NCBI GenBank assembly: GCA_964550635.1 | Contig: CAZJZV010000001.1 | Location: 5,754-69,753 of the forward strand | From: an uncultured Bacteroidaceae bacterium | GTDB lineage: Bacteria; Bacillota; Clostridia; Christensenellales; CAG-917 | DNA: 64,000 bases | Direction: 5' to 3' | Shown: positions 63,882 to 64,000 of the stretch, piece by piece | Numbering within the stretch: the stretch's first letter is position 1 | Layout: every line of letters begins with the position of its first letter | Position numbers and translations under genes: made by a program | Notes under the pieces: model-generated | What the model was told of the DNA's origin: nothing | Databases searched by the model: none | The model's input: only the letters and a program-made list of their open reading frames with translations

Positions 63882-64000
63882 TTTTCACCTGCGACGACGC
63901 CGAAAAGGGACGCCGATTTGGATTCTTTTATGAGTACGTTTTCAAACTTGCCTATATCGTCTTTCGTGCCGTTGAAAGTGACGAGTCTACCGCTTTCGGT
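63878..64000 (-). CDS. miaB: MiaB-like tRNA methylthiotransferase, C-terminal TRAM fragment (gene continues beyond the window)
   Basis: Manual translation gives ...TESGRLVTFNGTKDDIGKFENVLIKESKSASLFGVVAGEK*. The stop overlaps the mutS ATG (ATGA). Shows miaB-mutS-mutL synteny. Confidence 0.7.
   Translation of the reverse strand, partial: TESGRLVTFNGTKDDIGKFENVLIKESKSASLFGVVAGEK

Overview
This looks like a compact Firmicutes chromosomal segment, Clostridia-like and probably a spore-former because a spoVM-like mini-gene sits beside rpmB. It uses the standard genetic code. About 90% is coding, with many ATGA/TGATG start-stop overlaps. Almost all of it is conserved housekeeping synteny on the + strand:
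- pcrA-ligA
- yicC-gmk-rpoZ-coaBC-priA-def-fmt-rsmB-rlmN-rsgA-rpe-tfoX-like
- spoVM / rpmB(-) / asp23-yloV-recG
- a membrane protein and tlyA, then nadK-argR-recN
- RNase P RNA (type A) and an orphan membrane-anchored protein
- rarA plus an ABC ATPase/permease pair, ruvX and DUF1292
- the long block rpsB-tsf-pyrH-frr-uppS-cdsA-dxr-rseP-ispG-[PolC-like mini protein]-rimP-nusA-ylxR-ylxQ-infB-rbfA-nrnA-truB-ribF-nfo-like

The window ends with a convergent minus-strand block: miaB (3' end)-mutS-mutL-miaA-ynbB-like.

Non-core content:
1. A 530-aa PolC N-terminal/OB/exonuclease-only protein occupies the position where full-length polC normally lies.
2. An AT-rich, ORF-poor 2.3-kb island (54.3-56.6 kb) lies where the + and - blocks converge. 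It contains a convergent-promoter inverted-repeat module encoding a 24-aa hydrophobic peptide (candidate type I toxin-antitoxin), a two-tyrosine HUH rolling-circle Rep gene with a 150-bp near-perfect internal direct repeat, and iteron-like repeats with a CTTGATA nick-site-like motif.
3. An opposite-strand GH30-like glycosidase, plus a consensus-promoter/terminator mini-gene for a 38-aa hydrophobic peptide, is inserted into the tlyA-nadK cluster.
4. A YegP-repeat protein with a long low-complexity region lies at 320..1690.

I saw no CRISPR array, tRNA, rRNA, transposase or recognisable multi-gene defence system. All homology calls are by-eye motif and synteny recognition, not database searches.
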